Positions 25,630-41,273 of a DNA stretch of 64,000 nucleotides are shown here, one piece after another (the stretch's first letter is position 1; the number at the start of each line of letters is the position of its first letter). The translations under genes and the position numbers were made by a program. This DNA is from Octopus vulgaris (Eukaryota). The stretch spans positions 77,438,001-77,502,000 of the forward strand of contig OX597817.1 of assembly GCA_951406725.2 (NCBI GenBank), in the 5' to 3' direction. The notes under the pieces are model-generated. The model worked only from the letters and a program-made list of their open reading frames with translations, had not been told where the DNA came from and ran no database searches.

Positions 25630-27542
25630 TGTGTGTAAAGGTGTATGAGGTTCTTTGTGTGTGCTAGTAATTATTATTATTGATCTGGTGGAATTGTTAT
25701 GGTACTGGACAAAAATGGTTTATGATCTTTGCTCTGACTCTAAATCATGTTCTTGTCAACTCTGCCATTCATACCTTTTGGGGTCGATAAATTAAGTGCT
25801 AGCTGAGCACAGGGGTCGATAAATTAAGTACTAGCTTTGCACTGGGGCTGATATAATCAACTAGTCCTCTCCCCACAAAATTTCAGACCTTGTATCTTAT
25901 TGTTATTAAGGCAGTAAGCAGGCAGAATTGTTAGCACACTGGGCACTCTTCTTTTAATTTTGACTCTATATCTTCAGGAGGAGTTACCTCAATCCTTTAT
26001 ATATTAACCAAAATGAAGTAGATTGACAAATTTATTTTTTGACCCAGTTGAAGACACGCAAGAAAACTAATGATTCTGCCAACTTGCTGCCTAAGGCCAA
26101 ACTAATTTTGACCGGATATTCACAGAGGTAGAAAAATGGGGTTGTGGGTTTGCAGTGGCATTGCACCCCTATCTAGAATAAAAGCAAAGTTACAGAATGA
26201 CCAATGACATTTCAAAACCAACAAGATCTGAGAGAAGGCCTTCCCTCAGGGATGAAACAAGAAGGAGCATTACAGAACTGAGACCAATAGAGAAAAAGTT
26301 GTCAATGGTCAATGGTCCTTTTTGGAGCAAAGGGCTCGAACAAGTACTCTGCTGGTTACAATGATGAGAGTCTCAGTTGATTGAATGATGGAACAGACTG
26401 CTCATGATATTAACATGCATGTGGCTGAGCACTCCACAGACACACAAATTCAGAGTATATAAATGACAAGGCTGGGCTTTTGAAATACAGATGCTGCTAT
26501 GTGTATATGAATATAAACAAACAAGCATTTGTTTTTTTATAAGCATCGGAATGTGTATTGTGCAATACAAATAAAATTATATTTTTCTGAATACAAAATT
26601 GCTGTTAGAACAGAAATACTGTGTAAATTACCCTTACAAGATGGTAAAATTTGTCGACAAACAGCCATGGGATACAAACCTACACCCCAATAGAGAAATT
26701 TTTCTGCCTTGTAAGGGTAATTATCTGATATATCTGCTACTCTGATGGCAGTTCTGCATTTGAAAAAATATCTTATTTGTATCTTACATGTACTACTCAT
26801 TTTTGGTTATCTGAGTGGACTGGAGCAACATGAAATAAAGTATCTTGTTCAAGGACACAACCTGCCTGAACTGATTACCTTACAATTGTGGGTTGAATAT
26901 TACTAACCACAACCACTAATCTATGTGCAAAGGGCTTACACGAGTAAATATATGTTAGTTATGATACTTAATATTCTGAGTCTAAATATTAATACTTTGT
27001 GTTGAGGCTTTCATTTTCATCCTTAAATGAAGATTATGGGGTTGAAGTTTAAAGTGATAGAACGATTCCTTGTTAACAGCGATGTAAAGCATTTATGCTT
27101 TTGAGAGGGGGGTGCGGGTGCATTTTTGTTTTTGTTTTTGTTTTTTGTCAAAACTACATGTTAATTATAAGGCTTATGAGATTATTGAGTGAAAGGAAAT
27201 TGCTAAGTTGGCCGATAGCATAACGAGAAATGTAATTGGAGAAATTAAATAAGAAAAATGTCTTTCTACCACTTACGCTGGTTGTTCATTTTTTTTTTGA
27301 TTATGTAACTTGCTATTCACACACACATACACACACAAAATATACACAGTGCTACGTTAGTTTTGAAATATGTTACCCTATTTAGTAGTGATGTAGAATT
27401 TATACGTACATATATACACACATATGTACATACACACTTGTATATACATGTCTATACACATATATGCATACACACACACACATATATATACACATATGTA
27501 TATAGAGAGGCATACATGTATATATATATGTCTATACATGTG

Positions 27543-27583
<41 letters not shown>

Positions 27584-28181
27584 ATATACATATATACGTA
27601 CACCCAACCACTCATACACACATATATATACTTACATACATGTATATTAATATGTACACACCCTCACATGAATACATATATACGTGTATGTGTGTATGTG
27701 TGTGTGTATGCTGGTGCATGTCGTTAGTGCTAAGACATAGAGGGTAATCTTTGAGTGAATTATGTCAATGGCCTGCTTTTGATAGAAGTCATTTTATCAT
27801 ACTTACGTCACAAATGCTCTTGAGAAATGCATGAGTATCATAGCAACACATCAACCTACCCCTATGCATCTGGATCTTTTGATTTGTGAGAATAAAATAT
27901 ATACATACATATGTATACATAGTTATATATATACATACATACATACATACGTACATGTATATATATTGAGAGAGAGGGCTGGCCAAAAGTCACCTGACAG
28001 TAGATCAAACCTGTTTAATTCCAAGATTTAACAATTGAATGAATTTAATAAAAGCATCTAAATATGAAACATCATGAAAATTGTTCAAACTGAGGTCCTT
28101 CATAAGCAACATAATTTTCCATTCGAGTCAATACAGAATTACAGATAGTGTTTATAGAATTCCAATTTACTTTTGGCCAAT

Positions 28182-28223
<42 letters not shown>

Positions 28224-28232
28224 CATGCATAC

Positions 28233-28550
28233 ATGGCACCTTGGGCAAGTGTCTTCTACTATAGCCTCGGGCTGACCAAAGCCTTGTGAGTGGATTTGGT
28301 AGATGGAAACTGAAAGAAGCCTGTCGTATATATATGTATGGATGTGTGTGTGTGTCTGTGTTTGTACCACCAACATCGCTTGACAACTGATGCTGGTATG
28401 TTTACGTCCCCGTAACTTAGCACTTGGGCAACAGAGACCGATAGAATGATTACTAGTCTTCCAAAGAATAAGTCCTGGGGTCAATTTGCTCAACTAAATG
28501 CAGTGCTCTAGCATGGCCGCAGTCAACTTACTGAAACAAGTAAGTAAGTA
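28233..28550 (+). mobile_element. SINE family A, 5'-truncated
   Basis: Matches the family A consensus. Confidence 0.9.
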
Positions 28551-29159
28551 AGTAAAAAAAAAAGCTGTTAGCATATAACAAATCTTCATCCAGACCCTCC
28601 GATCCTAACACTGGATGTTCATGAACCAAATTTAGGGCAGATTTTCAATACTGGGATCATTCTGATTAAAAAAAAGGTGTAATATGTCTATGTAGAGCAA
28701 ATATAGCCTGAGATTTAGGGGTCCTGGATGGTCAGACAGGCAGAATTTCACGTTTATTATTATAGTTATCTTTAAGAATAGAGTGGCATGTGACAATGTC
28801 AACAACCTATACAAGAATCCTTTGATGTTTTCCTAGTGTGAAATCATGCTATGTTAAAACTCACACACACACACACACGCACTCACATATGTATAAATAC
28901 AATACAGGCTTCTTACAGTTCCTGTCAACCAAATTCACTCACAAAGCATTGGTTGGCTGGAAGTTGTAGTAAAAGACTAGAAGTCATTTACCCAAAGTGC
29001 TGCTATGCAGTGTTGGGAAGCAAAATTCTTCACCACATTACAATATCTATGTCTATGTATCTCTTTATACATATTTGTATGTGTCTATCTATCTATCTAT
29101 CTATCTATCTTTATATGCACATACATTTATAAATGCACATATAAATATGCATATGCTTA

Positions 29160-29338
29160 TTCTTTTATTCTCTTACTTATTTCAGTCATCTGACTGTGGC
29201 CATGCTGGAGCACTGCCTTTAGTCAAATAAATTGACCCCAGGTCTTATTCTGATCTCTTTGCTGAACTGCTATGTTACTGGGATGTAAACACATCAACAT
29301 CGGTTGTCAAGCAATTGTGGGGGGATAAACACACACAC

Positions 29339-29390
<52 letters not shown>

Positions 29391-29525
29391 GATGGGCTTC
29401 TTTCAGTTTCCATCTGCCCGAGACTATAGAAGAAGACACATGCTCAAGGTGCCATGCAGTAGGACTGAACTTGGAACCATGTGCTTGGGAAGCAAACTTC
29501 TTACCACACAGCCACTCCTGCACCT
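29160..29525 (-). mobile_element. SINE family A with internal deletions
   Basis: Matches the family A consensus. Confidence 0.88.
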
Positions 29526-29648
29526 ATATGCATTTCAATATATGTACATACGTGTATGAATATATATGTATATAAACACACTCACACACACGTGTGTGTG
29601 TGTGTTTGTATGCATGTATGTGTATACAAACACGACATACTTTGTTTT

Positions 29649-29695
<47 letters not shown>

Positions 29696-29812
29696 TCTAT
29701 CTTTCTATCTATCTATATATATATATACTATCTATCCCGGGTAGTCTAACTATCTATCAATACATCTAAATCTTTATCTATTCATTTTGATGAAACTATC
29801 TATCCTGTATCC

Positions 29813-29885
<73 letters not shown>

Positions 29886-29894
29886 TCTATATAT

Positions 29895-29940
<46 letters not shown>

Positions 29941-30804
29941 CTATCTTTATGAGAAAGAATGTGTTAGGGTGGGAGAGGTGTTTTTAGAGAGAGAGAGTGA
30001 CACAAAGGAAAATAGATAAGTATATAGACAAACAGATAGATAAAGTGAGAGAATAAAAGACGAGAGACTGAGTGTCAGCGAGAGCTTTTGAAAAATGAAC
30101 GGCAGTCATAATTTTGACTGGCATGTAATAAAAAAGCTGAGTTAGTAAACAACCTTTTAGAGACCTTAGTGTCTATAGATGTGTGCGCATATAAGAGTGG
30201 GTGCATGTGTGTGCATATATAAGTAGAGTGTGTGTGTATTTATGGCTGTGTATGTATGTGTCCATTGGCATATATTAGTCTTAAATTTTATGAATGTCAT
30301 GTTTTTTTTTTTAAGTGTTGTTGGTATTTAGGTGTATTTACACATGTGTGAGTTTGTGTACCGACATATATATATATATATATATATTCTTTGAATTTGA
30401 GTATGTGCCTGTGTGAGTTTGTGTGTGTGTGTGGATGTCTTTAGGTGCATGTGTTCTTGTTACAATTGACTATGAAGGTTTTTGTCTTTGCGACTAAGAG
30501 TTTTATAACTGGGTGATTGACTCTAAATGTATGCCTGTGTATGTTTTTTTGTTTACAAGTGATTCTGTACCTTTGCAGTTTTTTTTTTTTTTTGGGTGGG
30601 TTTTTTTTTTTTTTTTTTTTTCAAACTTTCTTTGTTGTCAGAAATGGTGAAAGAATCTTGTGTAGTGCATCTTGAGGCCATTAAGGGTCAGTGTTACATG
30701 ATACTTCTCCCAGCACGAGTAGCTGTGATCACAACCTTCTAACTTGAAAATGCATTGCTTAAAGTAAGGAACACACATACAGGCAAAGAGTATCTGAATT
30801 TTAG

Positions 30805-30860
<56 letters not shown>

Positions 30861-30979
30861 ACAATAAATATATACTAATAGTATGATAGTATGACAACAA
30901 AAGAATGAATGAGACCTTGATATTATGTAAATAGAGGAATTTATCTGGAATTTACAGAATATATATATATATATATGTA

Positions 30980-31010
<31 letters not shown>

Positions 31011-31128
31011 CTGTCTGTGTGAGTGTATGTGTGTGAGTTTATGTGTGTGGAGTTTGTCCTCCTACCATCACCTGACAACCAATGTTGGTATTCTTACGTC
31101 TCTAGAGCTTAGCAGTTCGACAAGAGAT

Positions 31129-31656
<528 letters not shown>

Positions 31657-31797
31657 ATTTGGTTTGTGTCTATGTTTTTGTTTCACATTGTGTTCGACGT
31701 CCTTTTGGTGTCCTGTATATATATATGCGTGTATATGTACATGTAGAGGTAGGTACGTACATATATGTTTATATATGCATATGTTTTATTTTATTTA

Positions 31798-31846
<49 letters not shown>

Positions 31847-32079
31847 GAAGGGCTTCTTGCAGTTTCCGTTTACCAAATCCACACACAAAGGCTATATTAG
31901 AAGACACTTGCTCAAAGTACCATGCAAAGGGACTGAACTCAGAACCACGTTGTAAGGAAGCAAGCTTATTTCCACCCAGCCACGTCTGCACCTATATCTG
32001 TACATAGACACACATACTTAAACACATGCATATATACATTCATACATACATATGCATACATGTTTACACACACATACAC

Positions 32080-32820
32080 ATTTGGAGACTAAGGACTGTG
32101 TTAATGGTACAATTTTCCATCTTTAACTTATCTGGGATACGTAACGGACATGTTTTAGTCTTATTGCACATTCGTATGCAACAGATATTCTACAGAATTG
32201 GTAGGACTTAGAAATGATCAGAATACATACAAATCTAAGGCATTTGTTGTGGTACTGCTAATGAATGAATACCAGTAATACATGTGGAATAGAGGTCCTC
32301 AGCTGTGCATTCTGTGTTTCAAAAGCCAATAACACTGTAGTGTATCATATATTCGATTAACTAAGATTATCTTTTACAACTGATGAACAAAATCTCCCGA
32401 TAGGAAATTCCAAATTTTCTAACGAAGCTTTTTCATAATTATGTCTGCATTTGGAAACAAACATTATTTCTTTCATTAGATGACACTTAAGAAAGGACAT
32501 GTTCTGCTAAGTTCTGTTACCAATACGTGAGCCTGTGTACCTTCAATAATCCATGAACAAATGAAAGGTCAGCGATGGGTACATTTGACAATGTATCAGC
32601 AATGGTTAATCATAGATGTCACCATACAGCAAAACAAATCTTCGCTTCTCTTTATTTAACCTTACAAGAAAAACATTTGCAAAAGGCATAAACTGAAGAA
32701 GCGATTCCTTTATGGAATCAATAATAATCTATCGTTCCTTATCATGTATAATTCTAGAAATAGCTGAAATGTATAATTAATAAATAAAAATTCCTCTATT
32801 TAGAGGCAACAATTCCTTTA
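32080..32820 (+). mobile_element. Possible highly decayed Penelope-like element
   Basis: Weak RT-like fragments (GTIF, ILQNW, FQKP) and a 3' ctgaaga...gaaatagctg...aataaaaattcctctattta tail resembling the minus-strand fragment at about 30900-30950. Confidence 0.3.
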
Positions 32821-32977
32821 TTCTTTCATGTAATTATCGTTTTTTGATAAGAACTATTTAAAGAAATTTAATAAAAATACTTAACGAACTTAATAAAGAA
32901 CAATAAAAAATTAACCATATTATATTGGTATAATCGGAATATGTAACGTGAAATATGTGTGAATACTAGTTATTGTA

Positions 32978-33146
32978 GCGGTATTTCCTCTGCATATACG
33001 TTCTGAGTTCGAATTCCGCCGAGGTCGACTTTGCCTTTCATCCTTTCGGAGTCGATAAATTAAGTACCAGTTGCGTACTGAGGTAGATCTAATCAACTGC
33101 CCCCCTCCCCCCAAATTTCGGGCCTTGTGCCTAGAGTAGAAAAGAA
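32978..33146 (+). mobile_element. SINE family C, short-tail variant, lacking the head
   Basis: Family C core with CpGs intact. Confidence 0.9.
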
Positions 33147-34161
33147 TAGCTCCTCCAGATTCGGTTTTAAACGCCCTTAATGCTCAAAATCGTTTCAGAA
33201 GTTTATTGATCCCTTGGCTAGCTACTTAGACGTCTCACCAAGGGGCCATTATTGATCACTTTGGCGACTCTTGGCGTAGGATATAGAGAGGAGAGAGTAA
33301 AGGAAATGCAAAGTGCGTAACGAGATTAAGATGATGATGAAAAAGGAGGAAGTGGATCAAGGAAATGTAGAAGACAAATAAAAAGAAAAAAGAAAAGGAG
33401 GAAGAAGAAAAAATAGGGAGTTTGAACACTAAGATGGAGGTAGACAAAAAAAAACGAAGAAAAGAAGGGAAGGAAAGATTAAAGACTAATATGGCCGAAA
33501 GAGACAGGATTAGATACAAAAATGATTAAAAAAAAGTAAAAGATGAAAGGATTATCTTGCTTTCAAAAAATAAAGCAAAAAAAAAAAGTAGTTCAAACGA
33601 CGAACTGTTACCAGACAATTTTCAAGAAAGAAATAAAGAAAGACACCAATAAAATAATAAGGAAAAGTCACACCAAAAACTATAAGGGATAAAAATAAAA
33701 CCTACAAAAGTACACGAAATATAGAGGGACAAAAAGACAAAAACAAAAAAAGAAGAAACGAAGATTTAAAGGCGAAAATTATTTACAAAAGGAGGGGAAA
33801 AAACTATAAAGAAAATGACAAAAGGAAGAAAAAAAAAGATACGAAAAGATGAAAAGAAATGGGCGAACAATTGAAAAGAAAACATTACAGACTTCAATCC
33901 TTTCAATCCTTTAAGTTAGAATAAATCTGAAGAAAATTTAAGATGTTTTTCGCTAGTTCCAATGAAATGGTTTTCATATTAAAAAGATGTCTTTTGTAAG
34001 TAAATTAACACTTGTACAATCACATGGTTGTTCAACCTGCTAAAAAACAGTATCCAAATGTCCATTAAAATCAGGCGATGTCGGTTTTATATAGAACGTT
34101 ACACCGCTATATTTAGTGACTATTTAAGCAATGAGTTCGTAGATGACTAAAGGGTTGGATG

Positions 34162-34203
34162 GGCGCTGATGAGGGAGCAAAAACTCCTGAAATATGTCGT
34201 ATA
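34162..34203 (+). ncRNA. Hammerhead-like motif, stem I degenerate
   Basis: CTGATGA-GGGAG-caaaaa-CTCCT-GAAA-tatgTC: intact core boxes and a 5-bp stem II. Confidence 0.5.
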
Positions 34204-35467
34204 CGATCATTACCCAGTTTTTATCTTCGATCGCATTGTTTGCTTACACCTGGCATCTAGGATACGAAACGTCGTAACAAAATCAGTGCTGGCAAAAATT
34301 TCAATGGAGAATTTGTGGAGATAACCTTTACAAGTAATGTAAGAGCACTGCTAACACCGTAGAACACGGTACTGACTTACAGAAGCCTTTAAGCCATTAA
34401 CTGCCAAATTTTTTTTATTCATATTTTTTGGTTTTGCCAGGTGTCTTAAGATCTAAAATAAGATATTGTATTTACATTTTCTTTATATGTGAATTATTTT
34501 GGGAATTATGACAAAGTTCTCGAAAAGTCCCGAATGGGGATCGCTGAAAAACAAAACCATATTAACCCTTTTCTATTCAATTGCAATAATAAACATTTTA
34601 GTTTTTTTTTAAACTATAGTACCAAATGCGAATGTGTATGAAATATCAATGAATGATATAGATGGGAAATATTTAAAAAAAAAAACAAACAAATACCTAT
34701 TCTGTCGGTATCTTTTGCCGATCCGCTAGTTATGGGGGACACAACCAAATCAACACCGCTTATCAAGCATTCGAGGCAAGTGAAGAAAACACTCACACAC
34801 ACAAGATTTACTTGCCTCCACTCAAACACATTTCTGAGTTTTTAAGGATATAAAAAAATGCATCATTTAATGTCCTTCCATTTTTTTAAGACGTCGGATT
34901 ATAAATTCTATAAAGCTTCGGCTGCTATTTCTCTCAGGTCGAGAGCAACTACGTCAAGTCTTCCGAAGTGTATGTCTGTGTGTATATGTGTGAGGTTGGT
35001 TTAGTCAAATAGCTAGTTTATAAACAGACGTTCAAAGTTTTGATGACTTTTATCCAACACAACTACTACTGCTGCTGCTTTCACATCCACCACCACTACC
35101 ACCGCTACCACCACCACTATCACTGCAACTTCATACCATTACGAAAGAGAGAGGTGCAACCGTTGCAAGCTGTTGTAAGAACGCATGGAATTAGTAAGAC
35201 AACTACAGTTTCATAATCTGCTTTGTTGCACAATTTGCAACGTCAAGGAAAGGTTACATACAAACATCTGCACATACACACACAAACACACACACACACA
35301 CACTCTGAAACGTATATATACATACACACACACATCTATAGTTATATGTCCATATAACTATGTACGCATATATATTTACATACATGCATCCATACATATA
35401 TATATACACACACACATACATATACATACGTATATACACACATATATGCATACATACATTCACATAC

Positions 35468-35518
<51 letters not shown>

Positions 35519-36779
35519 TATACACACTCACACACACACATATATACATATGTATACACAGAGGCACACACACAGAGGCGCATACAATTAATGGTGTGAC
35601 AGAAGGAGAGAGAAAGATATATAAAGATATATATATATAGAGAGAGAGAGGGGGAGATAGAGAGAGAGAGAGACAGACAGATAGACAGAGAAAGAGAGAG
35701 ACAGACAGAGAGAGAGAGGACAAATTCTTGGTAGAAGACACGAAAATAGTGTGTTGGCAAAAGGAACGAATCTTAATAATTAAAATTGTCAAAGCAAAGT
35801 TTACGATTTCCTCACTGTTTAAACATTAGCTTTTGGAATGTAACAACAATCAGTTACCCTTCTTCCTACGCCGTTTCTGTTTCTTCATCCATTTAACTAG
35901 CTACATACATACACATCGTAGGCACTTGGCTTAATGGTTAGGGTATTGCTCTTACAATCGCGAGACCGTGGTTTCGATCCCACCGGTCTGTGTAGTGCAT
36001 TGTGTTCTTGAGCAAAACACAGAAACAAATACACAAACACATACACGGATATGATATATTCGACGGGATTTCACACAGATTCCGCCTACCAAATTCACTC
36101 ACAAAGCATTTGCTGGACCGATGGTATAGTAGAACCACGTGGTTACCAGCCGAGCTTCTTAATCACAGATATTTCTAATACATTTTAAACTCATACGCGG
36201 GTCTCATTCGTCTTTGACCGCTCTTTACATTGCTCATAATCTCTCGCGATCCCACCACCGTTTTCATCTCCCCCACTTTTTTCCTTTCTTTTTCTCGTTT
36301 CCCGCTATTTTATATATCTTTTATCTTTTGCGTGTTTCAGTTATTAGACTGCGGTTATGCTAGAGCACCGCCCTGAAGAATCGATCCCAGTACTTAATTT
36401 TTAAAGCCTGATACGGGAACATAACAAACCAACAACGGTTGTCATGCGATGGTAGAGGTGGTGGTGGTGGTTGTGGTGGGGCAAGCACAACACAAACACA
36501 AAGACACACACGCATACATACGATGGGTTTCTTTAAGTTTCTGTCGACCAAATTTACTCACAAGTCTTTGATCGCCAGTGACTGTAGATGACACTGGCCC
36601 AAGATGCCGCGCAGTGAGATTGAACCCAACTCCTTACAGTTGGGATGCAAGTTTCTTAACCTCACAGCTACGCCTGCATCTTTAAGACGCACGCACACAC
36701 ACACACACACACACACATATCTGCAAAATCGTCAAATTATTGTCTGGAAGTGTCGACCCCTAATATAATAGTTAATAAC

Positions 36780-37960
36780 AAAGTACAGTATATGTTTTAT
36801 GCTATCCAGTATTGTTCAGTGAACAGGAATAAGCACTTAAAGGAATATATAATGTATCTGGGAAGATCTGCAAAGTGAAACATTCCAACAAATATAAATG
36901 CAAACATTACGAATGAAGAACAGAAAAGTTGGAATGCCTACAGAAAAATTCTTGTATAGTCATTAAAGAAGCTGACAAAGTAGGAGCCATAGTAACAAGG
37001 GTCAAGATCCAGTACACAGAAACGGTCTTAGAGCAACTAAATGATCATTTCTATAAAAACAAAATATGAGACTAATGTAGATAAACAAACAATGAATAAA
37101 ACTGATAAATTAACGGACAAATTTTTAAAAATTACAACGGAAAGCGAGTTGGATTACTTCACTAATTTTGATGTTGAAACAAGTAACTTTATGGACTTTC
37201 TAAAATTCACAAATCTAAAGAAATCAGTAATAGCTTAAAGGATCTCCACACACTATATGTGAGAATTTTCAAACCATCTGATCTAAAATTACGCCCGATT
37301 GTTGCAGGGCCAACACCTAATAGCCAAAGATTAAGCAGTCTGCTTGACGTAATTTTGAAACCTTTGTGCTGATAAGTCCCTAGTTTCATCAGAAGTGACA
37401 TAGACTTCCTAAACCATGTTCCAGAAAGTGTAGATAAAGATATAAACCTAGTTAGTTTCTACGTAACCATTCTCTATACAAATATTCACCATGGATTAAA
37501 ATTAGAAGCAGTAAAATTCTGGATCGACAAATATTCACAAAGAATTCAGGAGATATTCCGAAAAGAGCTATATACATTTGAAGGGTTACGATTGGTTCTA
37601 GAAAATAAGTGCTTCTTTCGATGAGGAATAATACTTGTAAATACAAGGTACTGCAATGGGGACGAAAGTCACACCGATCGTTGCGATACTAGTAATAGGG
37701 TTTCTAGAGAGAAAAAAATTATCTTATGTACTACATCACATGTCCACAATGCAAGGAGAATTAAACTGGAGAAACAGGAACAAAACTAATCATCGGAGTG
37801 AGTGTGTACAAACAACAGATTAAACATTCGACCATCTAAACAGATGTACAAATGGAAAATTCAAAATATTTCCTTTTTACAGAATAAAAGACAAATATGA
37901 TTAACAACGAAAGGCAAAAGAGGAACACTTTGTAAAAATTCTAAATCCGAAACTAAACCA
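36780..37960 (+). mobile_element. Penelope-like retroelement relic: RT plus GIY-YIG endonuclease, internally deleted
   Basis: IVIKEADKVGAIV; LKLRPIVAGP..SQRLSSLLDVILKPL; PSFIRSDIDFLNHVP; LVSFYVTILYTNIHH; IQGTAMGTKVTPIVAILVIGFLE; then LMYYITCPQCKEN*TGETG..VYKQQIK, GKFKIFPFY and LNPKLN. Many stops and frameshifts. Confidence 0.92.
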
Positions 37961-38264
37961 GCATCATTGCTAAAAACAGATTCTCCTATACTATTAGTGC
38001 AGAACATGTGTGTTTGAAGAGTTGAACAACGAAAGCGTTCACGCACAAAATGGATTAATTACAGAAACTTCTTTCCTAAAGGTCTGTGAGATTCGGATTT
38101 TTAATTTTATAATTAAAAACTAGTTAATATCATTTAAAGAAAACCATTTTTAAAAAAATATTCTGCTTGTATCAAGTAAATTTTTTAAAAACTTTCATAT
38201 ACATACATACATATAGATAGATGTGTACATACATTAATATATTTATACATACATGCATGCAGAC

Positions 38265-38321
<57 letters not shown>

Positions 38322-38414
38322 GTATACGTATATATACTCACTCACAGAGAAACATACGCTCGCACATACATGCATGCATACATACATACATACATACATA
38401 CATACATACATACA

Positions 38415-38445
<31 letters not shown>

Positions 38446-38995
38446 CTACATATATACAGGCGTACATATCTGTAGGCACAGACACACGTACAGACTGACG
38501 AGGGGAAAGCAAAGAGTGGCAAAAAAAAGGAAATTAAAAAAAAGAAAGGAAGAAAATTAAGATTATAACAAAGTGAAACCATTAAAAAAAACAAAACAAA
38601 TAAATAACTAAATAAATAAAAGGCAAAACGCATTAAAAAAAAACGTAACCCAAAATAAATGAAACATTGTAAAATGAATGAAATGGAAGGAAGTACTTCC
38701 ATGTGGTTTGTGTCAGGGAAAAGGAAAACAGTGGTTTAAGGAGTATTATTTCAACAAAACATATCACCCGGTCATACACACCGACGCATATACACACACA
38801 CACACACACATGCAGGACACATGTGCACATTCATACACACAATTGAGCTTGTGTGTGTGTGTGTACCCGCTGTTACAGTAAAGAAATAGACACACTGATA
38901 AATCAAAATAAAGGATAACAACAACAACAAAAATAACAATAATAACAATAATAATAATAATAACAATTCTTGGTTGCCACCACGACATCTCATAC

Positions 38996-39400
<405 letters not shown>

Positions 39401-39891
39401 ACATACATATACATATATGTATTTATGTACACACATGAATGCTTACACGTACCCGGTGAGTGGGGAGAGAGAAAGAGAGAGAGAGATAGAGAGAGGGAGG
39501 GAGGGAGAGACTGTAGGGTGCGACATACTACAACTGTAAAGATTATAAAAATCCTAATCGACATATCTCCAACTCAAAGACAACAAAGTTTTATTCATTA
39601 AAATAAATGAATAAATAGATAAATAAAAGAAAGAAAAAATAAGGAAATAAGATGGCGGTAGGAAAGAGGAGAAGGCACAAGAAGGAAAAGGGGAAAAGAA
39701 TCGGAAGAATACACACACACATACGCACATATACTCACACATACACACTCACACATATATATTATGAGTAGTCTAGCAATACAGAAAATGGTAAACTAAT
39801 AGCCAAAGACAGCCTTAAATATCACACACAAACACACACGCACATGCATACACATCCGTATGTAAAGATACACAAACACACACACACATAC

Positions 39892-39939
<48 letters not shown>

Positions 39940-39986
39940 ATATAGATATATATATATATATATAGATATATATATATACATATACA

Positions 39987-40107
<121 letters not shown>

Positions 40108-40583
40108 GAAACAGAGAGAGAGCGCGTGTGTGTGAGGGAGAGAAGAGGAGAACACACACATACACACATGCCTCTCCCCCCATCCACACACACACACACA
40201 CACATACTCAGATACCTAACTAGATATACATACAGTATGTCTCGCAGAATTGCGGGGGTCGGGTACGATGTTCGGGTTCGGGGTGGGACGTGGGGGCGGG
40301 GTGGGGATGGCGATCGTAGTGTTGTGGATGGACGGCTACTTAAATCTGTGACAAGTTTTAAAACACACATATACATGCTACAGTATTTTCTTGCTTTGCT
40401 CCAGTTTTTCGTTAAATACATATGTAAATGTGTGCCCGCGTGCATGTCTGTGTATATGTGTGAGTGAGTGTGTGTGTGTGTGAGCGATTTAGCGCGGTGG
40501 GTACTGAGAGCCTTGCTACGTATGTCTGTGTATGCGTATATAACTATGTTTACCTACATTCGTACTCACAGATACATACATAG

Positions 40584-40749
<166 letters not shown>

Positions 40750-40760
40750 TTATATATATA

Positions 40761-41062
40761 TGTGGCTCAGTGGTTAGAGCGTCGAGCTTACGATCGTGAG
40801 GTTGTGAGTTCGATTCCCGGATCAGGCAATGTGTGTTGTGTTCTTGAGCAAGACACTTTATTTCATGTTGCTCCAGTTAACTCGGCTGTAGAAATGAGTT
40901 GCGACATCACTGGTGCCAAGCTGTATCGGCCTTTGCCTCTTTCCCTTGGATAACATCAGTGGTGTGGAGATGGGATGCTGCTAGCCTTCCACAAACAATC
41001 TTACCTGGAAAGGGTAACTTTCTAGGTGCAATCCCATGGTCATTCATGACCGAAGGGGGTCT
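40761..41062 (+). mobile_element. SINE, family E-type head and core with a different tail
   Basis: tggctcagtggttagagcg...gagttcgattccc (A and B boxes), gttcttgagcaagacactttatttc, tail ...caatcccatggtcattcatgaccgaagggggtc. A truncated copy is at 61540-61695. Confidence 0.85.
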
Positions 41063-41208
41063 CCTCCTCCCCTCCATATATATATATATATATATATATT
41101 TACACACGCGAACACGCACTCAGACACGCACACGCACGTACACATAGATGTACATTCATATAGTCATATATCCGTGGCTAAATGATGTATATATGTACAT
41201 GCATATAT

Positions 41209-41273
<65 letters not shown>

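Noticed and set aside
33330-33890. Purine/A-rich tract giving an F/S/L-rich minus-strand ORF
   Set aside because: Low-complexity DNA with no coding signature.
40761-40830. tRNA gene (A and B boxes, partial cloverleaf); likewise 20635 and 62057
   Set aside because: Each continues into a SINE body and tail and lacks a proper acceptor stem, so these are SINE heads.
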